Notes under the pieces: generated by a model
Seen by the model: only the letters and a program-made list of their open reading frames with translations
Told to the model about the DNA's origin: nothing
Database searches by the model: none
Assembly: GCA_024685535.1 (NCBI GenBank)
Contig: JAIKVS010000064.1
Coordinates: 1,377-65,376 of the forward strand
Reading direction: 5' to 3'
Origin: Oscillospiraceae bacterium
GTDB taxonomy: Bacteria; Bacillota; Clostridia; Oscillospirales; Oscillospiraceae
DNA length: 64,000 bases
Made by a program: the position numbers and the translations under genes
In this document: positions 63,674-64,000 of the stretch, one piece after another
Layout of the letters: every line of letters begins with the position of its first letter
Numbering within the stretch: position 1 is the first letter of the stretch

Positions 63674-64000
63674 ATGAAAATGGCAAAAGAGAAAAAAGCA
63701 CTCACCGACGAACCGATTTATGACGCCAGGACCCTCGGAACTCCGAGAATGCTCGTCCTCGGCGTGCAGCACCTGTTCGCCATGTTCGGCGCAACGGTCC
63801 TCGTTCCCATCCTCACCGGCCTGAGCGTTTCCGCAACGCTGCTCTTCGCCGGCCTCGCCACGCTGTTCATGCACCTGATCACCAAGAGAAAGGTCCCCGT
63901 GTTCCTGGGCTCCTCCTTCGCCTTCCTCGGCGGATACTTCGCCGTCGTCGCCTCCGGCGCCGAGCTCGGCCTCTCCCAGGCTGAATCCCTGCCCTATGCC
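63674..64000 (+). CDS. pyrP: Uracil permease (NCS2 family), N-terminal 109 codons; runs off the window end
   Basis: My translation is [50 protein letters not shown]...FLGSSFAF, a uracil/xanthine permease signature region. It lies directly downstream of pyrR, as in Bacillus. Confidence 0.8.
   Translation, partial: MKMAKEKKALTDEPIYDARTLGTPRMLVLGVQHLFAMFGATVLVPILTGLSVSATLLFAGLATLFMHLITKRKVPVFLGSSFAFLGGYFAVVASGAELGLSQAESLPYA

Overview
This is a 64 kb chromosomal window from a low-to-mid GC anaerobic Firmicute. The Clostridia/Oscillospiraceae-like assignment is an inference from protein motifs and gene order, not from a search. Most of the window is housekeeping or accessory metabolism. It holds a 2-hydroxyacyl-CoA dehydratase-like pair, a carboxylesterase, a heterodimeric ABC exporter, clpB and feoAB. 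It also holds hflX-yigZ, apt, a BMP-type nucleoside ABC importer, xpt, rpmB and hprK-murB-rapZ-whiA-dnaE. The right end carries an amino-acid ABC importer, a MATE pump and pyrR-pyrP. Three cis-regulatory RNAs can be read from the sequence. A guanine-type purine riboswitch precedes the nucleoside ABC operon. A lysine (L-box) riboswitch precedes the amino-acid ABC operon. A PyrR-type attenuator precedes pyrR. The most interesting locus is a compact integrative element of about 6.05 kb at 15612-21682, inserted into the 3' end of tRNA-Ser(CGA). It is bounded by a perfect 23-bp direct repeat of the tRNA 3' end. It carries a tyrosine integrase, an ImmA-like protease, a ribbon-helix-helix protein at a back-to-back promoter/operator switch, and a sigma/ArpU-like regulator. 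It also has a small-terminase-like HTH protein, a Rep-like protein next to iterons, an excisionase-like protein, a terminator-containing leader and tandem 70-bp repeats. It has no capsid, large-terminase, relaxase or secretion genes. I interpret it as a miniature phage-satellite-like or otherwise hitchhiking element; this is a hypothesis. Other points worth a second look are an RHH-domain protein translationally coupled to clpB, a dehydratase pair with no adjacent activase, and an hflX-yigZ-envelope operon with a duplicated phosphodiester-glycosidase paralog. All protein calls rest on motif recognition in the supplied translations. No database search was run.
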